Origin: Selaginella moellendorffii | Lineage: Eukaryota > Plantae > Lycopodiophyta | Direction of reading: 5' to 3' | DNA length: 64,000 bases | Assembly: GCF_000143415.4 (NCBI RefSeq) | Contig: NW_003314375.1 | Location: 372,001-436,000 of the forward strand | In this document: one piece after another, positions 1-11,899 of the stretch | Position numbering within the stretch: the first letter of the stretch is position 1 | How the letters are laid out: every line of letters starts with the position of its first letter | Position numbers and translations under genes: made by a program | Notes under the pieces: model-generated | What the model was told of the DNA's origin: nothing | Seen by the model: the letters and a program-made list of their open reading frames with translations, nothing else | The model's database searches: none

Positions 1-59
1 AGTATGAGCGCAAAATCAATCAGATAGAAAGAAACATTTTTCAGCTTGTCGTGTCTCAC

Positions 60-3000
60 CTGAACTCGAGATGCATCACATGCACACCACCACCCAAGCG
101 CTTTCTAGACGTGGCCACCTTTATCCCCACCCAATTCTCGGATGACGGAGTGAAGCGGATCGCGTTGAGCAGGAAATCTGCCAGAACCTGCTGGAGGCGC
201 ACCTGGTCGCCGTACAGAAACATGGCCTTGATCTCCTTTGGAGTCTCCCGAATCAGCTGCAGGTTCTTTTCTTTAGAGGTGATCATGCCCTGGCTGATGA
301 CAGCGTCCATAACCGTCCCCATCATGAACTCAGTCGTATCCAGCTCCAGGTAGCTGCCAATGCCAGACATTAGACAAGAAAAAAACAAAACTCGTGCTAG
401 CTGCAAAATGTAGATAAAAGAAACTACGTACCCATCCTCAATGCTTTCCAGGTCCATATCGTCCAGGATCTTCCTTATTTGCTTCTCGCACACAGCACCA
501 GTCTCTACGTACTGCTTCTGATCCTCGGACAGGTCGGTGGTTTCCATGAGAGTCCGAGTGAACATGATGCCATAGAGCGGATTCTTTATCTCCTGGCGGA
601 TGTAAGCCAGTTCTTTGAGCTTGGACAAGGCAACCTTCTCGGTGGCTCTTTGGACTGTCAAGGCCTGTTGCAACTCGGCACTGGCAATATGTAGGAAGCA
701 AAACACTCCGGTGATGGAACCCTCGGCATCCGCCCGCTTGGTGGCCGTGAGGAGAGCCTCGACGTACTTGCCCTGTCGATCAAAGAAGGCGAAGGGGAAC
801 TTCTCCGTGTCCTGGCCATCTGCTGCGCTGTTGAGAACGATCATAAATTTGGTGACGGCGTCCTGGCCTTTGAGGCGGCAGTACATCATCTGGATGCCAA
901 ATATCTCTCCGACAAGCATCTTTCCCAGGACTTCTTCCCGCTTCCACCCAGACAGCTTTTCCATGGCAGGATTCCACTCGGAGCAGTAGCCAAACTCGTC
1001 AGCGCCAAAGATTGGCGGTATCAGCGGGTTGGGGTTCTGCACGATGGCCTTGTAGTCGCCTTGGATGCGCGTGAACTTGTCCATTACCACCTTCTGCCCC
1101 GTCACGTCCTGGCCAACGAAGCACACTCCCACCACATTGTCCGAAACGTCCCTGCTGGCGCACGCGTTGACGACCAGAATGACCGCCTCCTTGTCCTTTT
1201 GAACGCCGAACGTCTTGAGCTTGAGCTCCACGTTCTGCTCCTCGTCGCCTGGTTTGTTGTTTCACACCACACGAGACGTGGTTAGCTAGCGTGAGGTACG
1301 TGAAAGTGTGTCATGGCGTACCTTGAAGCGCCAGATAGAGCAGCCTCTCCACCATGTCCGCAGACTCTTGCAGCACCAGGTCCTTGGCGAGGGACCTCCC
1401 CATGGCCTCGGTCACGGGCAGCCCGGTGAGCTCCGCCACCTTTGCGTTCCAGCCGTTGATAAAGCCGCTCGAGTCGACAGCAAGGATGGGCGCGGTGGCG
1501 GTCTCGATGAGGCGTACCATCTCGTTGGCGACAGTGCTCAGCTCGTCCATGCCCTGGAGCTTGAGGTCGTTGAGGCGCGCGTGGATCATGGTCTTGGTGT
1601 CGCTGTCGTCAATGTCGTGGAAGGAGCCGCGGAGGATGAGCTGCAGCGAGTGTATGGCGTCCATCTCCACGTCCTCCCATGGCAGGCTCCTCCGCTTCAC
1701 CACCTCGAGGAAGGCCTTGAACGAGGAGCGGGGGTGCATCTTGCGCCCGTCGTCCTTGTCGTCGGGGTCGTGCTTGGCGCCACCCCACTTGATCTCCTTG
1801 GCGGTGTGGGAGCGGAACCAAAACAAAAAGTCCTTGGCGGTGATCTTGGCCGCGGCCATGCCGCACACCTCGTCGCCCAGTGACGCGGCACCCGGGTAGC
1901 CGGCGTCGGCCAGGCTGTCGGTGCTGAGGCCGGTGGAGTCCTTGTGGTGCTCCAGCAGCCAGTCGGCAATGTCCTTGATTTGCGCCTCGCTGGGCGTGAC
2001 GCCCAAGAGCCAGAAGCGCTTGCCGTAGTAGAGGGCAGCACCATCGCACTTGACCAGGTCCATGATGTTTGGTGACTGCGACACAATGCCGATGGGGGCG
2101 TCGCGGAGCAGCATGTCACACAGGAGTGTCTGGGTGCGCAGGATGTGCTTCTCCCGCAGCTGCGCTGCCAGCTCCACCTCCATATTGAGCTGGAGCCCAA
2201 ACACTTGCATGAGGAACTCGCAGGCGGAGCGCAGTGGGAAAGGCACCGAGCGAGGCGACGTGTGGTGGCACACCACCATCCCCCACAGCTTCCTGCCCTT
2301 CTGCTGGTACGCGCCGCCGCCGCCGCCACCCCCGCCCGACGACGAGCGGTACTCGTCGTCGTTGTCGTTGATGATCACCGCCATCACCAGCGAGGCGACG
2401 GAGCCCATGTTGCCCATGTACTGCGCGTGGCAACCGTGGGGTGCCCGCAGCGTGGAGCCGGCCAAGCTGATGGGCTGCCGCAGATCCTTGTCCTGGCTGA
2501 TCTTGACGGGCGCCGCGGAGCAGTCGCAGATCATGCGTACCCGGTTCTTCATGAAGAGGAAGCGGGAGGCCTGGGGAATGTCGGTTGCCGGGTAGTGCAG
2601 GCCCAGGTAAGGCTCCAGGTCGGAGCGCCGGATCTCCGCCACCACCTCGCCGTGCTCGTCGTCGTGGAACTTGTAGGCCATGACGCGGTCGTAGCCCGTC
2701 AGCTCGCGCACCTCCTCCACCACCGTGTCGCACAGCAGCCCGATGTCGCCGCCGGGCAGCGACTGGAGGCGCGATATGGCCTTGGCCGCCAGCTTGTGGG
2801 ACTGGAGCGCACCGGCAGCGGATCCCACGCTCGTGTCGCTGGCCTTGACGGGCTCCAGGTCCAGCACCAGGCCCACGTCGATGCGATGGACGATGGCGTA
2901 GAAGGGCTTGGCCGACGTCTTGCAGTGGACGGAGATGGGGTTGAGCATGCTCACGTCGATGGCGCCCGCCGCCTTCTCCAGGGCGCTGGCGCTGGCCGGC

Positions 3001-3404
3001 GTGAAGAGGCTGCGCGCGTCGCTGCCGATCCCCAGCAGATCCTGCTGCCCGGCGCCGAGGCTGGGGACCGACTGGGGCATGAGGTCCAGCATCTCCCCTG
3101 CATTGTCGCTGAAAGCAATCACGCGGAAGCTGCCCTCCTCCACCGCCAGCATACAGCCGAAGGGCTGCACCAGGCCACCGCGCTGCATCCGCTGCAAGTA
3201 GGCCGTGACGGCCTGCGCCGGGATGCTCTCGCCCGTGGACTTGGTTGCATTCACCGACTTGGTGTAGTCGAACGAGTCCCCGGACTCACCAGACTCCTCG
3301 TACACGGCATGGAGCTTGGCATCCGCGGTCGTCTGTGCCACACGGACGCTGTGCTTGGACTTGGCGGAGCTGCCCGAAGAGTAAGTCAGCTTGGTGGTCG
3401 ACAT
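60..3404 (-). CDS. PHY: Phytochrome (PAS-GAF-PHY-PAS-PAS-HKRD). Exons 3404-1322, 1248-432 and 353-60; the final exon lies beyond the window start.
   Basis: Starts [17 protein letters not shown]. Chromophore motif [10 protein letters not shown] (Cys ~2431), [15 protein letters not shown] and PRSSF are present, as is the HKRD segment [12 protein letters not shown]...[14 protein letters not shown] introns at the conserved plant PHY positions (LQG|DEE 1321-1249; EDG|YLE 431-354; EFR| donor at 59) join the frames. Confidence 0.98.
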
Positions 3405-3808
3405 GCTCGCCTCTCTAGATCTTCCCCTTGCTCGCCCCTCTTGCCTACAACATCTAACCCCGTTTTGAGGCGCGTGAGACCCTGCGACACCCAAACCCTA
3501 TCTACCTAGCTGGGCTGCCCGCTCCGGGAGGCACGAGGATTTGTCCATTCTTGCCAGTTGAGAGAAGAACAACCCTTGCTCCTCCTCAGTGGCTACTTAT
3601 CTACTTTACCTTTTCTTCTTTACTTTTTCCTGTGTGTTATATAGGATATATATGTTTTGTTATATCATCGGTCATGTGATGTCCATGTGAACAAATCTGA
3701 CTGCCTCGCCTCACTTGTATTATTATCCATCCACACCCTCTGCCATTGCCAAAGGGAATCGAATCAAAGCTCTGCGCTCGCTCGCTCAACAAAATCCGCC
3801 GCCCCCAC

Positions 3809-6800
3809 TCAGTAGTAAAGCCAAACCTCCTCAAACCCTTCCCAGTCCAAGTCGTTGGTCACCAGGGTGCAGCCATACTTGTGCATGTCCGACGAGGAGC
3901 CCACGTCTTGAGCCAGCAGTGTGCACCTCCTCAGGTCCAAGAGCTCCAGATTTGGCAGCCTGAAAATCCCCGGCGGTATGGAGCTCAGCGAGGTGCACCC
4001 CTCCAAGCCCAAGTTGACGAGCGTCTGCACGTGTCCAAGCTCCGCAGGCACTTCACTCATGCTGGTGCACCCGTCCAGCCGCAAAAGCTTGAGCTTTGGC
4101 AGCCTGCCCACCTCCCGCGGAAGCCCCTCGAGGGCCGCACACTTGGCCAGTGACAAACGCTTGAGGGATTCCAGATTCCCCACATCCGCTGGCAGCGATG
4201 CTAAGCCCGTACAGCCGTCGAGACCAAGGTTTTCCAAGCTGCGCAGCTGACCAACCTGCGCTGGCAACCCCTTGAGGCTCGTACATCCTTCCAACCCCAG
4301 CTCCACCAGGCTCCGCATGTCTCCAACCTCTGCCGGGAGTTGCTTGATACCCGTGCACGCATTGAGATGTAAGAACTTGAGCCTTGACAGCATGCCAATC
4401 TCCGAGGGCAAGCTCGTTAGGCCGCCACACTTTTTCAAGTCGAGCCTCTCCAGCATGGACAGCTTCCCAATCTGTGGCGGAAGCTCCTTGAGCGTTGAGC
4501 ACTGCTGGAGGTAGAGTGCCTGCAGCCTTGTTAGCTCGCCAACTTGAGGGGGAAGGGCCTTGAGCGCGGTGCACTCCCTGCAGTTGAGCCTCTCCAGCGA
4601 GCTCATGCCGGCAACGCCCGCCGGGAGCTCCGTCAGGCTGCTGCACCCTACCAAGTCGAGAATCTCTAGGGACGCCAGGCTCCCTCTGGGTACGGCCAGC
4701 GTCGTCAAGCTCACGCACTCGGCCAAGCTTAAGCAACGCAGCTTTGTTAGCCCCCTGAACATGTCTGGCGCCAGTGTCTTGAGCTTTCTACATCTCAGGC
4801 TCAGCCTCTCCAGCTTGCTCAGGTGGCCAATGCCCGGCGGCAGCTCGGTGAGGCTCGAGAACTCAGCCAGCACCAGGAGGGTCAATGATGTTAGACTTGC
4901 CAGCTCTGATGGCAGAGCGGTCACGTTGGTGAAGCCTTCCATCCACAGGGACGTGAGCAGGGGCAGGTTCCACTTTGCGTGGGCAAAACCGCCTACTCCC
5001 CGGAAACCCCGCAGCGCAAGCCTCTCCAACGTGCTAAGCGACCAAATCTCCGCTGGAACAAGGACGCAGCAGCCAGACTTGTCGTCAATGTCAAGCCGCT
5101 TGAGCGCACTGAGGTGGTGGACGTTTGGCCACAGCTCGGTGGCAGGCCCACACTCGGCACCCAGGAACGTGAGCGGTTTCATCTTTGCAATCTCCGCAGA
5201 CGGAAGTGATGCCAGGCTCACGCACCCCCGAAAGTCAATCGAGCTCACGCTTTTGAGGCCACCTATCTCGGGTGGCAGCACTTTGAGGTGAGCACATCCG
5301 CGCAGGTGCAGCCGTTTCAAACAGCTCAGCTTCCCAATGGTCACGGGAAGCTCTGGCAGGTTCTTGCAGTCGGACAGCTCCAGGTCCGTCAGCTCGTGGA
5401 GGAAGCCAACCTGAGGGGGAAGGGCCGCCAGCTTCTCGCACCACATCATGTTGAGCTCTCTCAAGCCAGTCAGGTTTCCAATCTGCTGCGGTAAAAGCAT
5501 CAGCTGCTCACAATGGGACACGTCCAGGTTGGTCAAGTGTGTGAGCGACCCAATCTCGGGGGGGAGCTCCTTGAGCGACCCACACCCCGCCAGGACCAGC
5601 TCTCTCAGGTTCCGCAGCTCACCGATCTCCGGCGGCAAGCTCGTCAGGCTCTCGCATCCTGTCAAGTCCATCACCTTGAGCGCCATCAACCTTCCAATGC
5701 TTCTGGGCAGGGCCATGAGCTTGAAACAAGCCGCAAGGTCCACGTACTCGAGGTCGTGGAGGTTCCCCAAGGACTGCGGCAGCTCCGTGATGCTGGTACA
5801 CACGCTAAGCACAAGCTCCTGCAGCATGACCAGGCCCCCAATCGAGTCCGGAAGTGCTCTCAGGCTGTGGCAGTTGTGCATGTGCAGGCTGTGCAGCCAT
5901 TTCAAGCTCCCGATTGAGCGGGGGAGTTCAACAAGCTTCACGCAGTTGTCTAGCTCCAACTCCACCAGTTTCGGAGGGAACTGCACAAGGGACAAGCCAA
6001 ACAAGCAGTTTTTAGAGAGCTGGCTAGCCTTGTTGCCTCAGCTTACGTCAATGTCGGTGAAATCAGACCGTATGTTGTGCAAATGTGCCACGGCAAGCTT
6101 GCTGAGTCTCTTGAGCTTGAACGGCATGGATGCTCTCTCCTTCCCTTGGTCCAGGGGATGCCAAACCAAGTAGCGCAGCTGGTGCGGGGGCCGGTGGCAG
6201 TGACCGATCATACTCGTGCCTTCGAAGACGAGTACATGAAGCTTCCTCATCTTGTCGATGAGTCCCACAGGGAAAGGCTCTTGACACCTCTTCAATGTAA
6301 GCCCCTTGATCATGCTTAGCTCCTGCAAACAAGAATGATCAGCAAAGCAAAGGAGAGGGAGGGAGATCACTTACCCCTTTATTGTGCAGGACATCCGGCA
6401 ACCTCTGTGAGTCGCTGGAAGTCACGTAGCTTCCCTTGGCAAGCTGGTGGCCGAGAGAGTAAACCAAATCATGCATCTCCACGACTTCTGTATTCAACCT
6501 CATGGATTGCCTGCACACAGGCACCGAATCTAGTAGATCCTGCGAGCACCATTGTGCATCCGGCTCTTTTTGCTTGGCAAACACGAAAGCTTGATCTGCC
6601 AAGCTTGCGAGCTGGTGCTTGCCCAGACTCCTCTCCACCATCTTCCAGTTGGCGCCGCGGAAGAACGTTGCAACGTCCAGGAAGGCCTCCTGAAAGGACG
6701 GGTCGAGACCGTCGTAAATCACCTTGAGCTTGGAGCATATCTCGTCGTCGCGAACTTGGAACTCCTGTGCCAGCTTCAGCTTCTTTGCTATGTGCAGCCA

Positions 6801-9800
6801 TTCGTCTCTCTTCCGTCGGGCAAACCTTGCAAAGTGTGAGCCCACAACCTGCAGCACGAGCGGAAGGCCGCCACAGAGCGGGACAAGATCGTCAACCAGC
6901 TCTTCATGCTCCGGTAAGAGATGCACCCCGCGCTTGGACGCGTGCAGCATAAACATTTCTTTGGCCTCTGGAGGTGACAGAGGGCTGGGTTGATAGCACC
7001 AAAAACAGTAGTTGATGGTAGCACTCGGATGTGCTGGTTTGCACAGCTCGTCCAGCGCCCGTGCCACGGACTCGGAGGGACAAGTAACCATAACACAACT
7101 TGCCGGAGATAGCAACTGGCTCAGGTTCCTGGGCAGCATTTCCCTCAGAGCTGCACCAGACCAAACATTGTCCACCGCCACGCACACCGCCTTGTGCTTG
7201 GCCCCAAGCTGCGCCAGCTGCTTGCCGAGAGCTTGCCTGGCTTCCAGCGTGCTGCAATATACTTCCCTCGAATCCCCTCCAAGCTGGTGGACAAGGCTAG
7301 AGATGGTGTCCGTGAGGGCCTCCGGTGAAGATGCCACGCTCGTCTCTCCATACGCCACTACGTGTTCGCCTTTCCTCCGGAGTTCCGTAAGGACTTCTCT
7401 CAGTATTGCACTCTTTCCAAGCCCGCCCTCGCCTAGGATAGCCACTCCCGCCACCTGCCGCTGCTTATCATGCTTTTCAAGCTCATCCACAAGAGCTCGC
7501 GCTCGCTCCCTCAGCCCCACTTTGATAAGGTGCGCAACCGGCTGGAGCTCCTCGTAAAGTTGGGCGGTCGTAGGCTCATCGGGCGGGAGAAGGAACTTGT
7601 GCTTGTCCGCGAACGGGAAGGACGATGAAGAAGGGGAGGGGAGGACAGTGACAAGAGCCTTGTCAGCCTCGAGGGTGCCTGCGCTGGTGCTGGGGCCTGC
7701 TCCTGCGGCTTCCGGGGTGGCGGACGGTGCAGCAGGTACAATGGCGAGCACGGTCTTCTGGTGGCACAAGGCGAGGTTGGGAGCGGTGGGGATGATAGCG
7801 AAGCACTGGCTGGCGTCGCGGAGGGCTGCGTTCGGTGTCGTGGGGACAATCGAGAAGCCACCGTCTGCCATGCACACGTCCGGGTTGGTGGGGATGATGG
7901 CAATGCAGTGCCTTTGGTCCGCCATGGCCGCCTCCGGGGTGGTTGGCTCTATCGCCAGGCAAGGAGCCTCCTCTGCTCCTGCTCCTGCCACGGGAATGAT
8001 TGCCAGCGCCTGGCCTTGGCCACCACCCAGGGCCTGGCTGGGCGTGGACGCCGGGAATATGGCCAAGCAGGAATGCCTGTGCTGCTCTAGCCTCGCGTGG
8101 ATGGCTTCCGGCATGGCGGGAATGAGAGCCATGCACTGCTGCCGCAGGTCCAGAGGGCCGTCGGGCCTCAGTAGTGCCAGACAGTTCATCTTGTCGTCCA
8201 ATGGAACCACTGCCAACTTGCGCACCACGCCGCCGTGCTCGTGCTCTTGAGGCGGAAGCATGGCCAAGCACTGCACCAGGTCCTGCGCGCTCTTGCTCGC
8301 GCTCATGCTGGCAAGCGCCTCCGATGGCGCAGTCGGGACCACCGCCAGGCACTCGAGCCTGTCCTCAAACGGCACCACAGCCAGTGAGCTCTCTTGTTGC
8401 TCACCAGCCGAGGCCACCTCCTGTGCCGTGGGGATCAACGCCAGGCAGCTGTCCTTGTCCTGGTACGGAATGATAGCCAGGCACCGCTTCTTGTGCTCGG
8501 GAAGACCAACACTACGGGCGCCTGGCAGCACCGCCAAGCAGTGCTTCATGTCTTCGTGTGGCACAATTGCAATCAATGGCCTGTCGCCAGATGCCGCTCC
8601 CAACGCCGGTATCAAGGCCACGCAGTGCTTCTGCTCTTGAAACGGAACTATGGCTAGGCAGTGGCTCTTCTCAGCCGTAGGGAACACTGCCAGTGGCACC
8701 GCCGGAAGATCAAATATCCCTTGCTCCAAGGGCGGGAGCGCTGCTAACGTGGACGCCGCGGCCAAGCTCACCATACTACCGCCCCTTGCTGCTTGCTGTT
8801 CCACCGGAGCTGGCAGCAACTTGGGAGTCTCAGGGAGTGTCACAAACACCTTCTGGCCTCCCATTGTCGTCTCTGTAGTTATGGGCCCCGAAGGAGACGG
8901 CATGCGTATTGAAGGCTTGGCCATCTTTCCCGGTGCACTGACAACGGCTACAGGAACTACTTGCGGAGCTGGTGCTGCTTCCTGTGCCTGAATTGCGGAG
9001 CTAGCTGCCGCCATCGCTGCGGATACCGCCGACGCAACAGCAGATGCCACGGTTGCCACGGCCGGTGGAACATCCACTGCAACGGATGGAGGTTTTGGAG
9101 GAAGGTGGTGCTTTGGAGCAGAAGCAGAGGCTCTTGACTCGAGAGCCTGAATTCTTGATTGTACACTTGACTTTACTTCTGTCGAAGGCTCACGTAAGTC
9201 TGAAACCAGGTCAGATGACCTGAACCCCGATGCCACCTTAGCTTGAACGTCTTCTGCTGCAACCTTCGCCTGTATCGCCGATGAGAGAGTAGCAACTTTA
9301 TTTCGCAGCCCAGACTGTACTGACGAAGCAGTCGCCTCCATTTCTGCAGAGGATTTTGCCTGTGCGTCTGAAATACTTTCCCGGACTTGCGAGGGAAGGG
9401 AGGACAGAGCCGACCCGACACGGGCCTGCATCTCGCTTGTTTTCGCATCCAACACCGACGGAATTGCGGTGACGCGGGATTGGAGGTCCGAGGCCACGGC
9501 TCCTACCTGACCAGCCTTCCCTTGCAATTCTAGTAACCTCGCTGGCACCTGTCAAGTGTATTCAGTCTCACTCCAATTCCCATAATGAGTACCTTGTTTT
9601 GCAGTTCCGATGCCTTGATTTGCAGCAGAGAAGCGGCCTTGTTTTGCAAATCGGCCACCTTCTTCTGAAAACCCAAGGAGACCCTTCCCGCCAAGTTATC
9701 CATGCCAACCTGTGGCTCGGATGACTGAACTGGAGACGACTTAACCTTCAAAGCTTCTACTTTTTCTTGAACCTGTTGTGGCACCTCTGGCTCGGTTTCC

Positions 9801-10908
9801 TCAACACTGCGTGCTACTTCCGACGCCAAAACCGACGATGCTGCAGATGCTACAGCTGAGGCTGCTTCCACTGCCTTGGATACGATGGAGGAGGGAACAG
9901 CGGCGATAGTGGATGGCAGCGAGGAGACAGCCGAAGGAATGCTGGCGGATGGCAGGAACGGTTGCAATGGCGGTGCTCCTTCGGGCATCAAAGTCTCTCT
10001 CATGGACGAGGGACTAGTTGGTGTAGCTGCAAGTAGGCTTTCTGAGGCTGAGACAGGAGCAGGGGAAATGGACAGAAAGAGCCTCTTGTCCCCCACAACA
10101 GTGTCCAACGCCGTCGGGACGCTAGATATGAGGCAGTTTTGTGCGTCGAGCAGATCCGGCTGCACGATTTTGGTTGCAGCAAAGAGCTTGGCTGCGTCTG
10201 GCAGAATGTCGGAGCTGAGGTAGAGCGCATGGAGCTGAAGGCGGGCGAGGACTCTGTCCAGGTTGTGCCTGTTTGACTGTGAATACACCATTCCCCAGAT
10301 CCACCATTCTGCAGCTACGCAACACCTGCTTGGATTGAAAACCGAGCAAAGATGGGTGAGAGGAAGGTCGGGAGGATAGGGAGGGTACACGTACCGTGAG
10401 CAAGCCGGGTTCCAGAGCATGCTATGCATGATGGCGTAGGCGTTCAAGAGGGCACAAAAGGTGCTCCTAAACACCTTGTGGTCGCCCGGGAAGTTGTCCT
10501 GCATCTCCCTCAGCCTTCCCGTCACGTAATTTGCCCTGTTCCGTATCTCATCCCACTGCGGCTTGTTGTAGCCATCGTCGGCAACCCCAGCTTGCTCCCA
10601 CATGAGCAGGGACAGCTTGGTTGCGAGGTCGGCCCAGCTAAGGTTGCCGCACTTGCGCCTCACATCTTCCGACAGCGTCTTGGTCATACCGTCGCTGTGC
10701 TTCGAGTCTAAGCCTTGCAAGCTCTGAGCCAAGCCACACAAGATGTGAAATGGCCGCTGTATCTCCCTTCCCTGCCCAGGGTGGATGAAGCACTCACCTC
10801 ATTCAGCGTGTAAAGCTGGTGCGCCGAGCTGCGGATGGCGCCTTCAAACGGCAGCAGCACATCGTCGATGGCATGGAGGCCGGCGGCGCAAGCGGCACCG
10901 CCAGCCAT
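3809..10908 (-). CDS. NLR (NB-ARC-LRR) of ~2264 aa with an atypical long N-terminus. Predicted exons 10908-10798, 10723-10395, 10325-9593, 9548-6375, 6322-6047, 5980-3809.
   Basis: P-loop GEGGLGKS, kinase-2 VAVDNVW, RNBS-B CVMVTC, GLPL (CGGLPLVL), RNBS-D FLDVATFF and MHD (EMHDL). More than 25 LRRs of type LxxLxLxxCxxLxxLP. Five GT-AG introns (44-74 nt) give one continuous phase-consistent frame of 6795 nt. An alternative ATG lies at 10935. Confidence 0.9.
7730..8700 (-). repeat. Coding repeat array in the NLR: ~20 copies of (C)-[LIMVF]-A-[ILVM]-[ILVF]-P
   Basis: Directly visible in ORF 6339..9548: CLAIVP, CVALIP, LIAIVP, CLAVLP, CLAIIP, CLALIP, LAVVP, CLAVVP, CLAMLP, CMALIP, CLAIFP, CIAIIP, CFAIIP, VLAIVP and others. 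Confidence 0.9.
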
Positions 10909-11899
10909 GACGAATCCGAAACCCCTGCCCTGCATCGCCTCTCGGCAGCCCCACGCAAACCCTAGACTTTTTCAACTCCAAAAGGGCGCGACGCCTGAAG
11001 TGTGAGCACCCTTCTTTTGCCTTTTGCCTGTCAAAAAAGTGAAAACAAATGAAAGAGCCAGATTTTTTTCCTTGATTGCGACTGAAGCAGTGCAACGAGC
11101 ATTTCAGTACGTAGCCAAGTCCCCGACAACACAAGCACACCGTTCTTCGCGTGGCCCTCGCAAGCCTGTGATTTAGCTGCGACTTTTGCGATCATAGCTC
11201 CTCGTTGGAGCTTGTCATTCGTCGCAGAATGTCGCGAGAGTGCCTCCAGTATATTATATCTCAGATTTTCTTGGACAACTTCTGGGTCAATTGCCGAGCC
11301 CTATAAGATTTCTCCTTTCCATAGAACAAGATCCGCTTGATATTACTCGAAAGTTCTTTTAGGAAACAATGCCAGTCAGATAAGAAAGACGAGACCGACA
11401 GCTTACCAAATAAAAGGAGACCACTCTTTCGTTCCTCAGCTTTCTGACTTCAACTTACGAGCACGTTTCTGCTGGGGTGGAGATGGAGGTGTGTTTGAAA
11501 ATCTTGCTGGAGCCTGTACCACAGAAAGATACCAGAATTGGCATTCGAATGTAGCGTGCGCTTATGATCACGCTTGCCTATTCGTTCTCCTGAAACATGT
11601 TAACCATTACATAAAACAAAAACCAACACAATGGCCACCTCTTCGAAATCCCTTTGTAACCAGAAAAATTTCACCATATTAACCAACATTAAGAAAAATA
11701 AAGAATGCCTTTGGGGTATTAGGCGTTGGAACTTCTGGGTGTGTTTCCTGCATGAACGAAACAGTCACCTCATTCCACTGAACTTAAAACTCAGCATTGT
11801 TAGAAGATTAAAGAAGAAAGGAGATAATTATATGTGAAGTGCACACCGCCTTTTGAAGGGTTTACAAGATTGAGAACTTCCCCTCTCAATTCCAAATGC

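Noticed and set aside
3405-3494. 30-aa N-terminal extension of phytochrome in the ORF track
   Set aside because: It begins at TTG. The conserved protein starts at ATG 3404 (MSTTKLTYS).
3482-3900. Spliced NLR-phytochrome fusion protein (neochrome-like chimera)
   Set aside because: It would need a phase-1 donor near the LRR end. I found only weak phase-0/2 GT sites, and both genes have their own stop and start.
51-10711. Many long antisense and alternate-frame ORFs over PHY and the NLR (e.g. 2145..3509 +, 4560..5291 +)
   Set aside because: Shadow ORFs caused by high GC3 in the real genes; no independent motifs.
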